Positions 51,765 through 64,000 of a DNA stretch of 64,000 bases are shown piece by piece. The position numbers and the translations under genes are program-made. The notes under the pieces are model-generated. The model worked only from the letters and a program-made list of their open reading frames with translations. It did not search any database and was not told the DNA's origin. Origin of the DNA: Lingula anatina (lineage: Eukaryota > Animalia > Brachiopoda); contig CM120640.1 of assembly GCA_051362555.1 (NCBI GenBank), forward strand, positions 41,642,788 through 41,706,787, read 5' to 3'. Each line of letters begins with the position of its first letter. Within the stretch, counting starts at the first letter, position 1.

Positions 51765-53742
51765 CTGGAAAAGAAAACAAACTTGTTTGTGTGCTGATCA
51801 AAATATGAAACCCTTACCCTAATTAAGTAACTGTTTTTACACAATCTGCACATGTGCAAATTAACTTCGTAAGAATCTTTTCTAAGGAGATTCAGGATTT
51901 CCTCATACTGACACATTCAGAGTAAATCAATTAAGAATTGCAATTTTTCTTTCCAAGAGCTCTGAATTTCAGCTGCACATGAAAAAGAGACAAAAAAGAC
52001 CTTTTTTCCAAGAAGGAGCATTTCAAAAAGAAAAACACTAACTGCTCCTATTCAAAACAAACATCACTTGTATAAATTTTCAGCTTGTGACTACATGCGC
52101 CATGTGAATCTATTTATATATCTATCATATGTATCTACAGATATCAGTAATAAGCAAGGCCCTTAAACATCATCATGAACTAGTTTTATCATTAACAAAA
52201 CAATAAATGATACTGATTTTAAAATAACACTACACTGAAACATAGATTTACATTTAATTCATACATATAAGTGTTTGGCAAACTGAAAGACTAAACATTT
52301 CATTAAACAATCATTAATTTGATAAAATCTAACAGCAAAACACAATCTTCATTTTTGTGGTGCTGATAACCAATGCATTCTAGTCATTAAGTTCTTAAAA
52401 TGATTGTTTTAGTTTGGCATGTAGATTATATATATATATTACTTCAACTTAATATGGTTTTAACCCCTTACTCTCACATCAGAACATACGTAAAAGCTGC
52501 ATTCTCTTTGCTTCTCTTCAAATTCATCATGCTCCAAATCAAGCTGGCCAATCATGCAAGTGTGTCATTAAAACTCTAAAATGATTTAATGTCTTTTCAT
52601 TTGCACCTGGCTAAGTGTAATCTACACTTGTACAATGGAGCATCTTCATCTGCACAAGTTTTGAAAGCTACCTAGTTTGAGAAAGCTTCATTGCTTTACC
52701 ATACTACAAATCATAGAAAAAATATAATTTTTCTTCTTACTACCTTCAAAATGTTCTGAGCTGTGTATAATTGTAAATGTGCACAGATATCAGAGATTCA
52801 AAACATTCATGCAGGTAGAAAATCCACTGAGAGCCACATGTGGATAACATATATAAAGAAGACACAGGTTATGTACTGTACCTTGACAATTAGAGATGGC
52901 AGTGACCATGCATGAATGCAACAGTTGATATGTGGAAGGCTGGTGTTGGAATCAATCACTACACAATCATATCAATAGCATAGAATAATCCTTTTCATCT
53001 CACTATTATCATCAAAAATTCCTTAACATTAATCAATCTATCAAGCATGAAGGTTTTAGCTCAAATTTCTGTAAACAATTTCTCTCTAAACCCTTTCAAC
53101 ATGCTACACTGAATTCTTGATATGCCTATCCAATAAATTATCCAGAAAGTCTTCACCACCAAGTTCTGACAGTAATTACAGATCTTCTGATCAATAGACA
53201 AGTGTCCTTTACCCATCTTAAAGTCATTACCCAAAGGCTCCTTTATCAGTATTGACTGGGGACTTTAAAGTTTGAGAACCAAGTATAATGAAGATGCTTC
53301 TGTCAAGAAATGAACAATTTTGCATCTACCCCCCCCCTCTCCTACCTCCCACTTGCATTCTACATTTTCCCCTTTCTAAATTGTTTTTGATACAACAAAA
53401 TGCAATTTTAGAAATCAAATCCCTGTATTTCTATGGCCCAGAATTAGATCATACATCAAATTTATCAACAGACATTAGTCACCACAAAATGTGCTTTGTA
53501 GTCAAATTGAACTGTATTATCATTCCTTCATTCTTAATCCACTTTACGATGTCCCCACTCCAGATTATCTGGTGTCCCATCTGAATGGTCAACACATAGA
53601 GAGCATGCAGTTACCCATAAGTAGATCAGTTTTTATCAATTTACTTGTATTCACACTTACAGGCAGGAGAAGTAAATGTAATACATGAAATTTAAAGATA
53701 GAAAAAAACATTAACTTGTATTTCAAGAACACAATCACAGAT

Positions 53743-53766
53743 CTCTCTCTCTCTCTCTCTCTCTCT
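53743..53766. repeat. (CT)n microsatellite
   Basis: Directly visible. Confidence 0.9.
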
Positions 53767-56700
53767 GCATAGTGTAAATGATGCCATAGGAAGAAGAGGA
53801 TTAAGACTAAATATTTAAAAAAAACAAAAACAATTGATAAAATTTAGTTTGTTCGCTTAATCAAATCAGTAAAATGCAGAGGAAATTTCATCTGTATACA
53901 GTAGGTATTTATTTTGCTATTTCACTTGCTAGAGATAACCCTGTATACAGAGACTGTAGTATAGCATATCAGATTATTTTAAAGGCAACCCAATGCATTA
54001 CAAATACACATATGAGCATGTGTCAAAACAATTTTAAGTACAGAGATGTCATCTCAGTATTTGAGATGATAAATCTGTCGTCAGGGGAAGATAAAACTTC
54101 ATGTTATAATTCTGCACCAAACTGCTTTGAGTCAAGCAACCACTTGGCATTCCAATGGAACAAGTTCTGTGACCTATGTGCCAATATTTTGGTTGTTCTC
54201 ATTTTTTTGCTTTTTGACTCTCTAAGCACTGCACAGTTTTTTAAGAAAAATCCATTTTTTTATACTCAACAAGATTTGTTAAGTCTGAAACGATTTACCA
54301 TCCAGCATGGCATACTACCTGTACATTTAGTCAGACCTTTCAGCTACTTTCAAGCTGAAGAAAAATTAGACTGTTTATATACATGAAAGAAGAAAGACAA
54401 AAAGAGGACCAACCTGTTCAGCATTGCATCATTTTGACAACGAATAAAACATTTAGAAAACAAAAAACAATACCCAGTAAAACATTGCATCATTTTGATA
54501 ATGAATAAAACATCCATTTCAGTTGGATTTAATATTATTGCACATTGAATTCACACATGTAATGGGCAGAAATACCTCACTGAGCATGTAAACATCTGCC
54601 ACTGCATGAAGTACTTATATTAGTTAACATACCTTTGTCTAAAAGCAAGGAGGGATGGGAGATAAAATAACTAGCAAAATACAATAAAAATAATAATAAT
54701 CTACTCAAAATTACCAAATAACTTACTATATGCATTTGTTTATTTTAAGTAGATACAAATGCACAAAGAGCATTGCTTGGTCAAGTTTATTTCTCAAAAA
54801 TACATGTTATGATATGTGCACATCCCATGGACAGCAGTTTTTAACTAGAACCTGTAGTTCTTCACCTTGGCTTAGGAAATAAATTCAAATTTCTGTACAT
54901 TATAAGACAAACATGTATGAGAACATCCCTTAGACAATTTTCATTTTTCAATTTCTCAGGTTAGCTTAGACAATCTCTCCAGCATGAACACATGAAAAAA
55001 TTATATTGCCACATTTATCCTGCAGGCAACATGAAACACATGTAAAATGAAGCAGTTACTTCATATTTTTCCCTCAAGGATAACATAAAACTTTATGTAT
55101 TACTATTATAACCCAGTCATGTGTGTGGTGCCGTGCCCCCATACCAGCACTGGAGATGGACCACGAGATAGTACTGATAATCATCGCTGCTTGCTCGATT
55201 CTGATCTAACAGGACTAATATCTCATAGCAGGTAGAGACAGCTCCACACATTAATCGTACCTAATGCCCCTTCTTAGTTCCAGCAGCATGCAGGGGACCC
55301 TTCGAACCTTAGCGAGATAGGCAGCTTTATCTTGGCAATTTTAATGAAAAAAATGTCATCAGAGAGATTTAATTCTATCTGGGACATTGGAGTGGGTGTG
55401 TTATCTGGTAGTTTGTGCTATGATCAAAGTATAGAGGTGCAGTGATCCACATGACAATATAGATAACTTGGTTTATTGATTTTACGGGATCAAACTAAAC
55501 ACCAGTGGGAAAGATGCAGAAAAAAAGGAAAGGAAATTAGGCTTAATTTTCAAGGCATGCTGTATAAATATTTAAATTATCAAAATTTGAGGATTTGTGA
55601 GAAAGTATATACTTTTGAAATTTTTTACCCATTCATGAAGATTGTTCTTTTGGAATGAAGTTTGAAAAATGCTGTTTATATTACATAATTGTTTAACTAA
55701 TTCTAAGAGACAGTTAAGATGACAAAAAGTTTACCCTTCATCCTCAAAGACTCCCAATTTCACTTGATGACATGGAACTATACTGTACAATATCTTTTTA
55801 TCTTTAACATCAATCATACTTCATATCAGCTAAATTATTAGTGAAATTCCCAATGCTCACCACGACATGCCTCGTTTAGAAAGATTCTAACTACGTGAAC
55901 TGTACGCTTTTGTGCATTAAAAATTCATAGTGATTGCAACTTCTATTGGAAAATTGAGAGGAAGGCAATATAATCTTTCTGCTATCCTATTCACTGCTTA
56001 ATATTTAAATTAGTCCTGTGCCATTTAAGTGAATTCTTCAGGTGAAAAATAATAACCTTACAGTCTGTACAAAGAGTAAAGTTTAAAGATGTATTGTGCA
56101 AGTTGTCTGGAAAAGCAGCCTTCACAGTTTGGGTCAATTTTATATTGAAACAAACTATGTCAATATAAAAATTGACACAAACTGTGCTAATTTTTATATT
56201 CTTTCATAATAAAGATGACAGTGATGGAAATGAATGAGTGACCAAAATAATCAAAGATCGTCTATTACAACTTGGACAAGTAAAACGCTTCTTTCGTCCG
56301 AGATAACAAAGTCAATTTCAATGCTGAGATTTTACAACAAGTAATGGGATTATCAAGAGATTTCACATTACGCCTGGACAGCAATCAGATCCACTGTACA
56401 TCTTAGCAGTGGGGAGACTGTGTTTAGCAGCCCATGAACTGACACAATGGCCTTTGAAACACCACTGCACCTGGTATGTTATCAGTGTTATTTGTCTGTC
56501 CACTTGCCTACAATCTTAACACCGCAAGTGATCTCTACATGCAATACTGACGTCAAGCCACCAACTTCCCTGCTCATCTGATAGGCCGCACAATTAATGT
56601 CCCCTGTCTGACACAGCATTCATGGCTTTTTAATCCTCAGATTTATGGGATGCAGCAAGGAGAAGAGGGATGATGGTATACATTACAGCTTCAATATGCT

Positions 56701-59700
56701 ACAGTGCTTTTAACTGGGCTCAAGGAAAAGATGCAGTATATTTCCACTTTAAAGGTTATACAGGAACTCTGATGCAGTTTAAGTATGCAACTTTCCCTTC
56801 ATAATGCATTCAAAAACACCCAAGTTCACTCGGTTTCCTAACCTCAGGATTATCAGATTTAATAGAACAAGACAGTACTTCTGAGATGCCCTTCTCTAAG
56901 AAACGGGGCAATGTCTGCTGCTGGGAGAGAAGATTGTGCTCTATATTTTTACCACTCTCTCTCATGTAGAAAATATTCAGTTTTTCAACATGAAATTTTT
57001 GCTCAAAACTACACTACCTAGCACTGTAGACTTGCTCTTTTATCTTTAACAACAAAAATGCAGTAGATTAATATAAAAGATGTTGAATTTGGAACAAAGT
57101 CCGTACAGAACTACATGCACTCTATTTAGTTCACTTCTATCAACTGCACTAAAAAATCAGCAATAAAAAATTCCAACTGTCCTTTTTCCATTTAATTTCA
57201 GTTTGATCCCCAAAGAAACAAAACAAGCATGTGAATCTTAACACCTGCATTGCATAATCAAGGAATCTGTCTGATTATGTAATCAAGTGGAGTAGACACT
57301 TTACAACATGAGTATCTCTTTGGATAAAGAGGCTCATCAAGATACCAATGTTATCTTAGCAATAGAAGAAAAGTGTGCTAAGAACCACAGGGCACTGAAG
57401 GATGAAATGGCTGCCCTCCCATTGACGTCAGAGCCCTAGGATAGCATAACCTGTTGTGTAACAGGGTACCTGTCATGTCCCCGACTTCCCCTTGGCTCAT
57501 ACATCTGGAAATTCTTGACCAAGTAATGATACAGGTAGCCACTGGGTGAACTCTATCTTGAGTCTCATTTAAGTCAATTAACTCACAGTTGGTCAACATA
57601 ATTATTTTTAGATTGTTTTTCCTTTGGTTATCCACTAACACACATTTCTTTCCATGATAAAACTTTTTATACTTATATATAGTAGTCTGCAACACTGTCA
57701 GCACTTGTTGTGTGATACTTGTGTGATAAAACGTAAAAAGCAACAATATCTGCTATACAGAGCAGACGTAAATGTAAAGAGCACTAATTACTTTAGTTAA
57801 TTGATCCTATGACTTAATTGTCATCACTCCCCCCCCCCCCAATACTCTGTCCCTCCCTACACAATTATATCAACTGCAAATTTTCTGTGTTTAACTCCTT
57901 GATATAATTTCATCTAAATTATGAGTTTTGAAAAGGTCCATGGAGTGCCTACATTGTCAACAACTCCAAGATGCAATTCTACTAATATTTCACAAGAAGG
58001 GTCTTGCATATTTTCATAGAACTAACTGTGGCATCTTGGAATGTTGAGAAACAGTGCCCTAAATTATACCAATTAAGTCAGAAAAATCCAGGAAAAATAA
58101 ATGCAGGCAACTGAGAGGGCAGCACTTAATTGGCATATAGTCCAGGGTCTCAGTATGCACTCCCAGTTAGGACTCCAAAGGTTAGACCGCCTGCCCCTTT
58201 AATAATTCAATTAGCCAGGCAGAATAAGGTGGCCAATTAGCAGGCCAATTTAAAGCCCATAGAGCACAGTGGGCTACCTCTTGGAGAGTTAACCCTTGAG
58301 GCCCTTCAGTGCAACAAGGCCCTCTAGGATTAAAACTTAATTAACTTAATCACACTGAGTTGTCTTGTTTCAAAAGCTGGTGCAATACATTTGCAAGTGT
58401 ACTACCTCCACTGTCCTGTAAATTGGATAGATGAGAACGGTATACAGAAGTTTATAATAGAAACTGTCTGTTATATGGGATAGATATTTTTTTCACTTAT
58501 ATATAGAAGAGCTTACTCCCCCAATACCAGTACAATGACATTGGGTCAACAAGTGGAATTGCCTGTTTTACGGCATTTCCTATGGCCCAGTGTGACCATT
58601 AAAAACTGCCCAAATTCCCCATTTTGCCATTTTGTCTTTTATGTGTGCTACTCAAATATACATATTACATGGTTGTGTATGTTCCCAGCCACAATGAAAG
58701 CTGCTAATGCTCCCAGTGTCCATAAATGATATGGTTGCTATAATAAAGCAAGCTCTATTTATGAGACACTGCTTCAGACAAGTTTGTGTGGAAGCAACAA
58801 AAATGCCTTATTCCCATAGCACCATCAAACTTTATCTAAGTTATTTAATAAAATCTCTGGCCATTTGACTAGGAGTGATAGGGCATGGCTTAGGGTGAGC
58901 ACCTGCTTTAACCAGGGCTCCAGTATTGATGAATGCAATCAGATGGAATTTATAGGCTCTGATAGAATACATTAATTCTAATTAGTGGAATTTCTGTTGC
59001 AAAACATCTGTCGTATATGGTTGTTATAGCACTGTAGGAATGGCGTTGTGATGATATTTTGCAATAACCATTGCACAATATATGAAACACAATTTAAGCA
59101 AGGTCTTGGCATTTTCGTACTTCGGTAAATAACTGACAAATAAGAAAGTTTAAATGCAGAGTTTAATTTATCATTTTTGCTAGGTATTTTCATATCTTTA
59201 ACTAAAAAAATTAAATCAGTACTACTTAATGTTAGTTAATGTAAATAAAATCTCCTCTCCGTATTTGATACTTACAAGAAGACATATCAAAATAACACTT
59301 TCATCAAAAAAGGTGCTATGACAATAATTTTCAGCTTGCATGCTCTTTCTCCACATTAACTTTATGATTAAAACACAAAAATTAAAGAACACAGTTAACT
59401 AATGCTCATTCAATACAAAAACTAAATACCTCCTTTTGAACGTAGTCCATTTATCTTCATAGATTAACATTAATGTCCTTTTTAATTAGAATTTTCATCA
59501 TGTTATATTACCTACCCTACACTTTCATTTTTCCCTCCTTTTAATCCCTTGTTACCTTTTTAATTGTGTAACTGCACAAGGCAAATCAAACTTGTCAGTC
59601 TGCAAAAATGACCACCACAAAGCTACTTAGTTCCAATAAATCAATACCTGGATCCAACATGAAAACATGTTCAGAAGGCATATTTAAAAGGAAAGAAACT

Positions 59701-61146
59701 CGTCAGAAGACCTGAACATGTCTTAATTTTGGACACAAACCTTAAAACATTAAACAATAAACATCAAAACCACAAGCACACATATTACAGTACAAAAGTC
59801 CCTAGAATATCACACATTCAACTTAATGAGAAAACTGCTGAGCAATGTTATCCATTTTCCCCACCATCGCGCAAGTATGATTTAAAAACAGTAAATGAGA
59901 TCCACTTCTTTCCAGAACACTGGCAATGCTTACTACTAAGCCACTTTTCCACACCATAATTATATACACATAGTGGCTGTTCACATTTGCATATGATTTT
60001 TTCTTTTCCCTCTAATTACTTATTGCAAAGGCTCATATGAATAATATGAAGTATTACACCTCAGTAGTGAGAAGAAAAGTGGTAATTACAGCAGCAATAT
60101 AAGCCACATCTCAAAGGTATTAATTATATCCTCACCTCATATTATTGTGAGAGCACACTGACAAGCCATATTTTTCTTAGCAGCTGTCAGAGAATATATT
60201 TTTCATAAAACCTTGTTTATTTCTTTCTTTTCACTTTATCTTTATACCCATTTTTAAAAAGGAATAACACAATTTTCAATTAAAGAAAATATCAAATGGT
60301 CCCCTACACATTCCAGTATTGGTTGTGACTAGATCTCCATAAAATCAGAAGCGCTGAATCAAGACATACCAATCAATGGACTAGTGATGGTCCGTTGCTG
60401 CCATTCTGGTGAAAACATTTGCCTGGTTTGTCTCATTAATCATATGCCTCCTTAGTTAGCTTGCATCAGGGGGCCCCCTGATAAAGAATCGATGGATATA
60501 AACCTTCCATCGAAGCAATCAACTTCTCATCAACTTTAAGGATTGCTAATTTAGTTGCTTTTACAAAATCAGCAATTGTAATTGAACCACTAAAACTTTA
60601 CTAGCATGCTGCTGGTGCCTCTACTAAATAGAAAATAATGGAAGTACATACGCCTATGAAGCAATCCATCAATACTATGATCAGTGTTGGGGAAGCAGTC
60701 TGAAGACAATATTCATGTGTACAAGGACAATTTTCTTCTTTGATTAAAGATCTCATCACTAGTACTTTACGCACATCTCTCATTAATAAAACAACACATT
60801 GTAGTGAAAAACTTTAAAAAAAAACAAAATAATACCAGCAATTATGAAAACATATTATACTTTGCCTAATATTAACATGAAAAGACCTATGGTACAAATA
60901 AAATCTGTTGGGCTAAAGGAGCATTGTAGCCCTTTGTGTTTTAGCATTACCTCTATGTAACTTCCTGCTACAATGCACTCTACTGCTTGTGGTGCTGTGA
61001 AGTGCTTGTGCAAGAGCTTAGGACAGAAAACAGGCATTATATTCTCTACATCATCACCTGTCAACCCACTTGTAATACAGGTTGCCTACTAAGTGTTACT
61101 TAAGAGAATCTATCCTTACACATTTGCATCTATATACAATACTTAA

Positions 61147-61448
61147 AGGGATAGTTTTTGCAGTTTTCTTGTACTAAATCATCCTATTCACCATTCAATT
61201 AGGCTAAAGTAATGTCTCAAATGCTTATTCGATGCCTTTTAGTGATGGATTAATGCCTTTTCCAAATATTGCATCTTTACTCTGTATGAAAACATTCTCA
61301 ATAATCTTCGGCCCACTTTAAAATATGATCTGAAAAAACATATCACATATTGTATCAAATCTAAGTGGACAAATTCAAAGTTCTATAAAACTGATGAAAC
61401 TGCCTGGAAAAGCATTTTCTTTTTGTCTCAACTTCTAGAACTACCCCT
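61147..61448. mobile_element. TTAA-flanked MITE (Kolobok-like termini)
   Basis: TTAA|AGGGATAGTT ... AACTACCCCT|TTAA. Confidence 0.55.
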
Positions 61449-64000
61449 TTAAACTGTACACTACAATAACTGCTGACATCTTAACTCTATCAAAATAAAT
61501 AACTAAAATTGTCATAGTACCTACAAGTACTTCACATCCCTGATGAAATCATGACTACCAGCATGTTTCAATCAGATCTACTCTCTATAACTTAAACATG
61601 GTGTAAACGTTACAGATCCTATGTAGGACAATTTTTCCAGTTCATGAAAAAATTCAGGATATTTTTTGTAGTGAGTACTTTGTAGCAGATGTGGTTATAA
61701 CACAAAAATCTCCAAAACTTCATTTATTTCAATTTTAAAATTTCCAGATTTTTTAACTTTATGTTACTTACAACCAGATACCTTCAACATGCAACTTTAA
61801 ACCCTTATCAATGCAAGATATAGTTTTGCAAAATATGAAAATCGTTTTAAAGAATTAGTAAAAATTATAATCAATATAGTTGGTTAGTTTAAAAGCCATT
61901 TCTATTGGTACTCTCTGAAATGATTTCACCAATTACTGTTTACGATTTACTTTGATTAAGCTGTAAAAATATTTTCATATGGCTATTATACTGAAATTGA
62001 ACATCAATAGCAGCCTACAATATGTTTTAATTTTAATATTCTATATGCAATCAGATATTTATTTAATTAAATTGTCATGTTAGACGATAAAGCACCGTCT
62101 AACACTCTGGCAGCGTGACTTGATTATATTGATGCACTACTCCTTTCTGAAGATGAATTGCAAAAATTTGGTACATACAAATAACAATGCTGTCCACACA
62201 CACATGCGGGCTACCACATGAATACACAGGTAGTAAGAATGAAAAGTTATATCATGCCCAGTCTAGAGTCATACCATCAGAGGTGCAAGCAGCTATCAAA
62301 CCTATGGTGAAGGAGATAAAAAGAATAAAGAATAATAAAAAAAAAAGCATAATGATCTTGAATCAATAACCTATACATAATTCACTCAGTTACACAAGGG
62401 ATACATATATGCACGTGCTTGTTAGCAGGCAAAGTTGTTGGATTAAATAATACATTCTATTCCAATGGCAAGTTAGAAGTACACATTGCAAGATTATACC
62501 CTCCCCCCCCCCCCTGCTTGAAACATGAAATTACATTCACATGCACAGTTTTTCTCAAAATCAATTTGTGCTGCTAAGTTCCAGCAGCCATGACAAATAT
62601 GACAGCTTTGGTGGAATGTCCGTTTCTTTTGAAAATGATGAATTGATTTCCTAAAAGTCTTTTATAACACTGTTATTATTTCTTGGAGATGTCAGTCATA
62701 TATAATGAAATGGCTCTTACTCACAGAGCATCTACAAATTCAGTCACAGCCTTAAGCTCGATCAAAATAAAGGTGGTACATTGGGAAGAGTAAGGGTATA
62801 TAAAATGACAGAAAATTGTGGACATGTGACTTTGGCAATATAGCCCTGACCTAACTAAAGACAGTCTACCCAAATAAAAACAGCATATCATTCACAGCCA
62901 ACCACAAATGCCAATGGTTACACAAACACTCTTCGCATGCATCTTCTGTGGTTTTTCTGCATAACAGTCACTATTTACCAACTAAATCAAAATTTTCCAA
63001 ATTCTGCCAGCAAATCTCTTGCTAAATATAATATTGAATACTTCATTAATAACATACATAATGTAAATTTTGGTTAATTTTTTTTTGTTACATTCCTATA
63101 TAAAATAACAACAACAAATGTTCCAGGGCTATTGCATTATCTTCATGCCCAGCATATCCTCTCTATTCCAGTTTTCCTCCTCTTCTCTAGAGACTTCAAA
63201 TTTTTAAAGATATGGATATATCAGAATATGGATATCATATTTACCAAATACAAATACTTGAGGATGCTAGTCCATGCTGGATATACAACCAATTAGCCAC
63301 TCTGCTTCACTGTGTTACATAATCATTAATGTAATCTATGCTCTAATAATGTGACCTATGCTCCTGGGCCTTATAAAAGGGTTATTCAACCTTTGGTAAT
63401 GAATACAAAAGCATGCTTAGGGCTAAGGTTTTGATCTCCCAATAGGGAGGCTAAAGGCTTCTGCTGCCTTTTTATTTGAAAAGTATTGACCAAGACTGTA
63501 CTTAGGCAAAGAAAGAAACACCTGCAGGGCTTGCCTTATGTAGAATTCATACATTTTTACTTGGAGAATTCATGCAATTTGCATCCAATTTTGGTAGTAA
63601 AAGAACAATTTGTTTTTTTCTCATGTGATGCCTGTAAATATGAACAAGGTTCCGTAAGTCCTTAGTAAAATATTTTGTAAAATAAGTGTTTAAACCGATA
63701 CTATAAATCAATGAATACATGATAATTAAGAAGATTGCAAACTTCTCCTGAATAAAAATGTCAACAGCCAAGAAACAAATAGTCGGGATGATAGGGAAGT
63801 AGACACAATCACAAAGTACTTTCACCTTTAAAAACTGCACACTTTCTCCATTACCAGAAGACAAATATGCCAAATTAAAAAAGAGTTCCCTTTTATCATA
63901 ATTGAATGGCACTGCTCCTACTCAATTTTTTTTTTCTTTTGGAAAAACCTTTAATGACACCTACAATGATTACGCACTTTTACCCCAGAGAACAGCATAC

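Noticed and set aside
53874-54386. 170-aa plus-strand ORF
   Set aside because: No recognisable domain, intron-like composition, and antisense within a PDE8 intron.
51765-64000. PDE8 first coding exon (MGCAPS-like), including GC-richer patches at 55100-55330 and 57378-57746
   Set aside because: No matching peptide with a credible phase-0 donor was found; the exon probably lies beyond the window.

Overview
AT-rich, intron-dense animal genomic DNA (style suggests a lophotrochozoan or mollusc; this is an inference). Three spliced genes were reconstructed by hand from GT-AG boundaries with consistent codon phase. NAA35/MAK10 is on the minus strand and its 3' end runs off the window start. SNUPN (snurportin-1) is on the plus strand, complete, and head-to-head with NAA35 across a ~170-bp bidirectional promoter. 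A PDE8-type cAMP phosphodiesterase is on the minus strand with REC-PAS-catalytic architecture; its first exon was not found in the window. The most striking non-genic structure is a family of non-autonomous Helentron-like (HINE/DINE-1-type) elements with five copies of 0.39-5.4 kb. Each has a terminal 14-bp palindrome, a (GGCGAC)n microsatellite, ~160-bp internal tandem repeats and a terminal hairpin. One copy is nested inside another's repeat unit, the large copies carry stacked internal termini and shuffled modules, and one supplies the polypyrimidine tract of an NAA35 acceptor. Several TIR MITEs and microsatellites are also present. Most ORF-track entries are spurious or exon fragments. There is no prokaryotic, CRISPR or RNA-gene signal.
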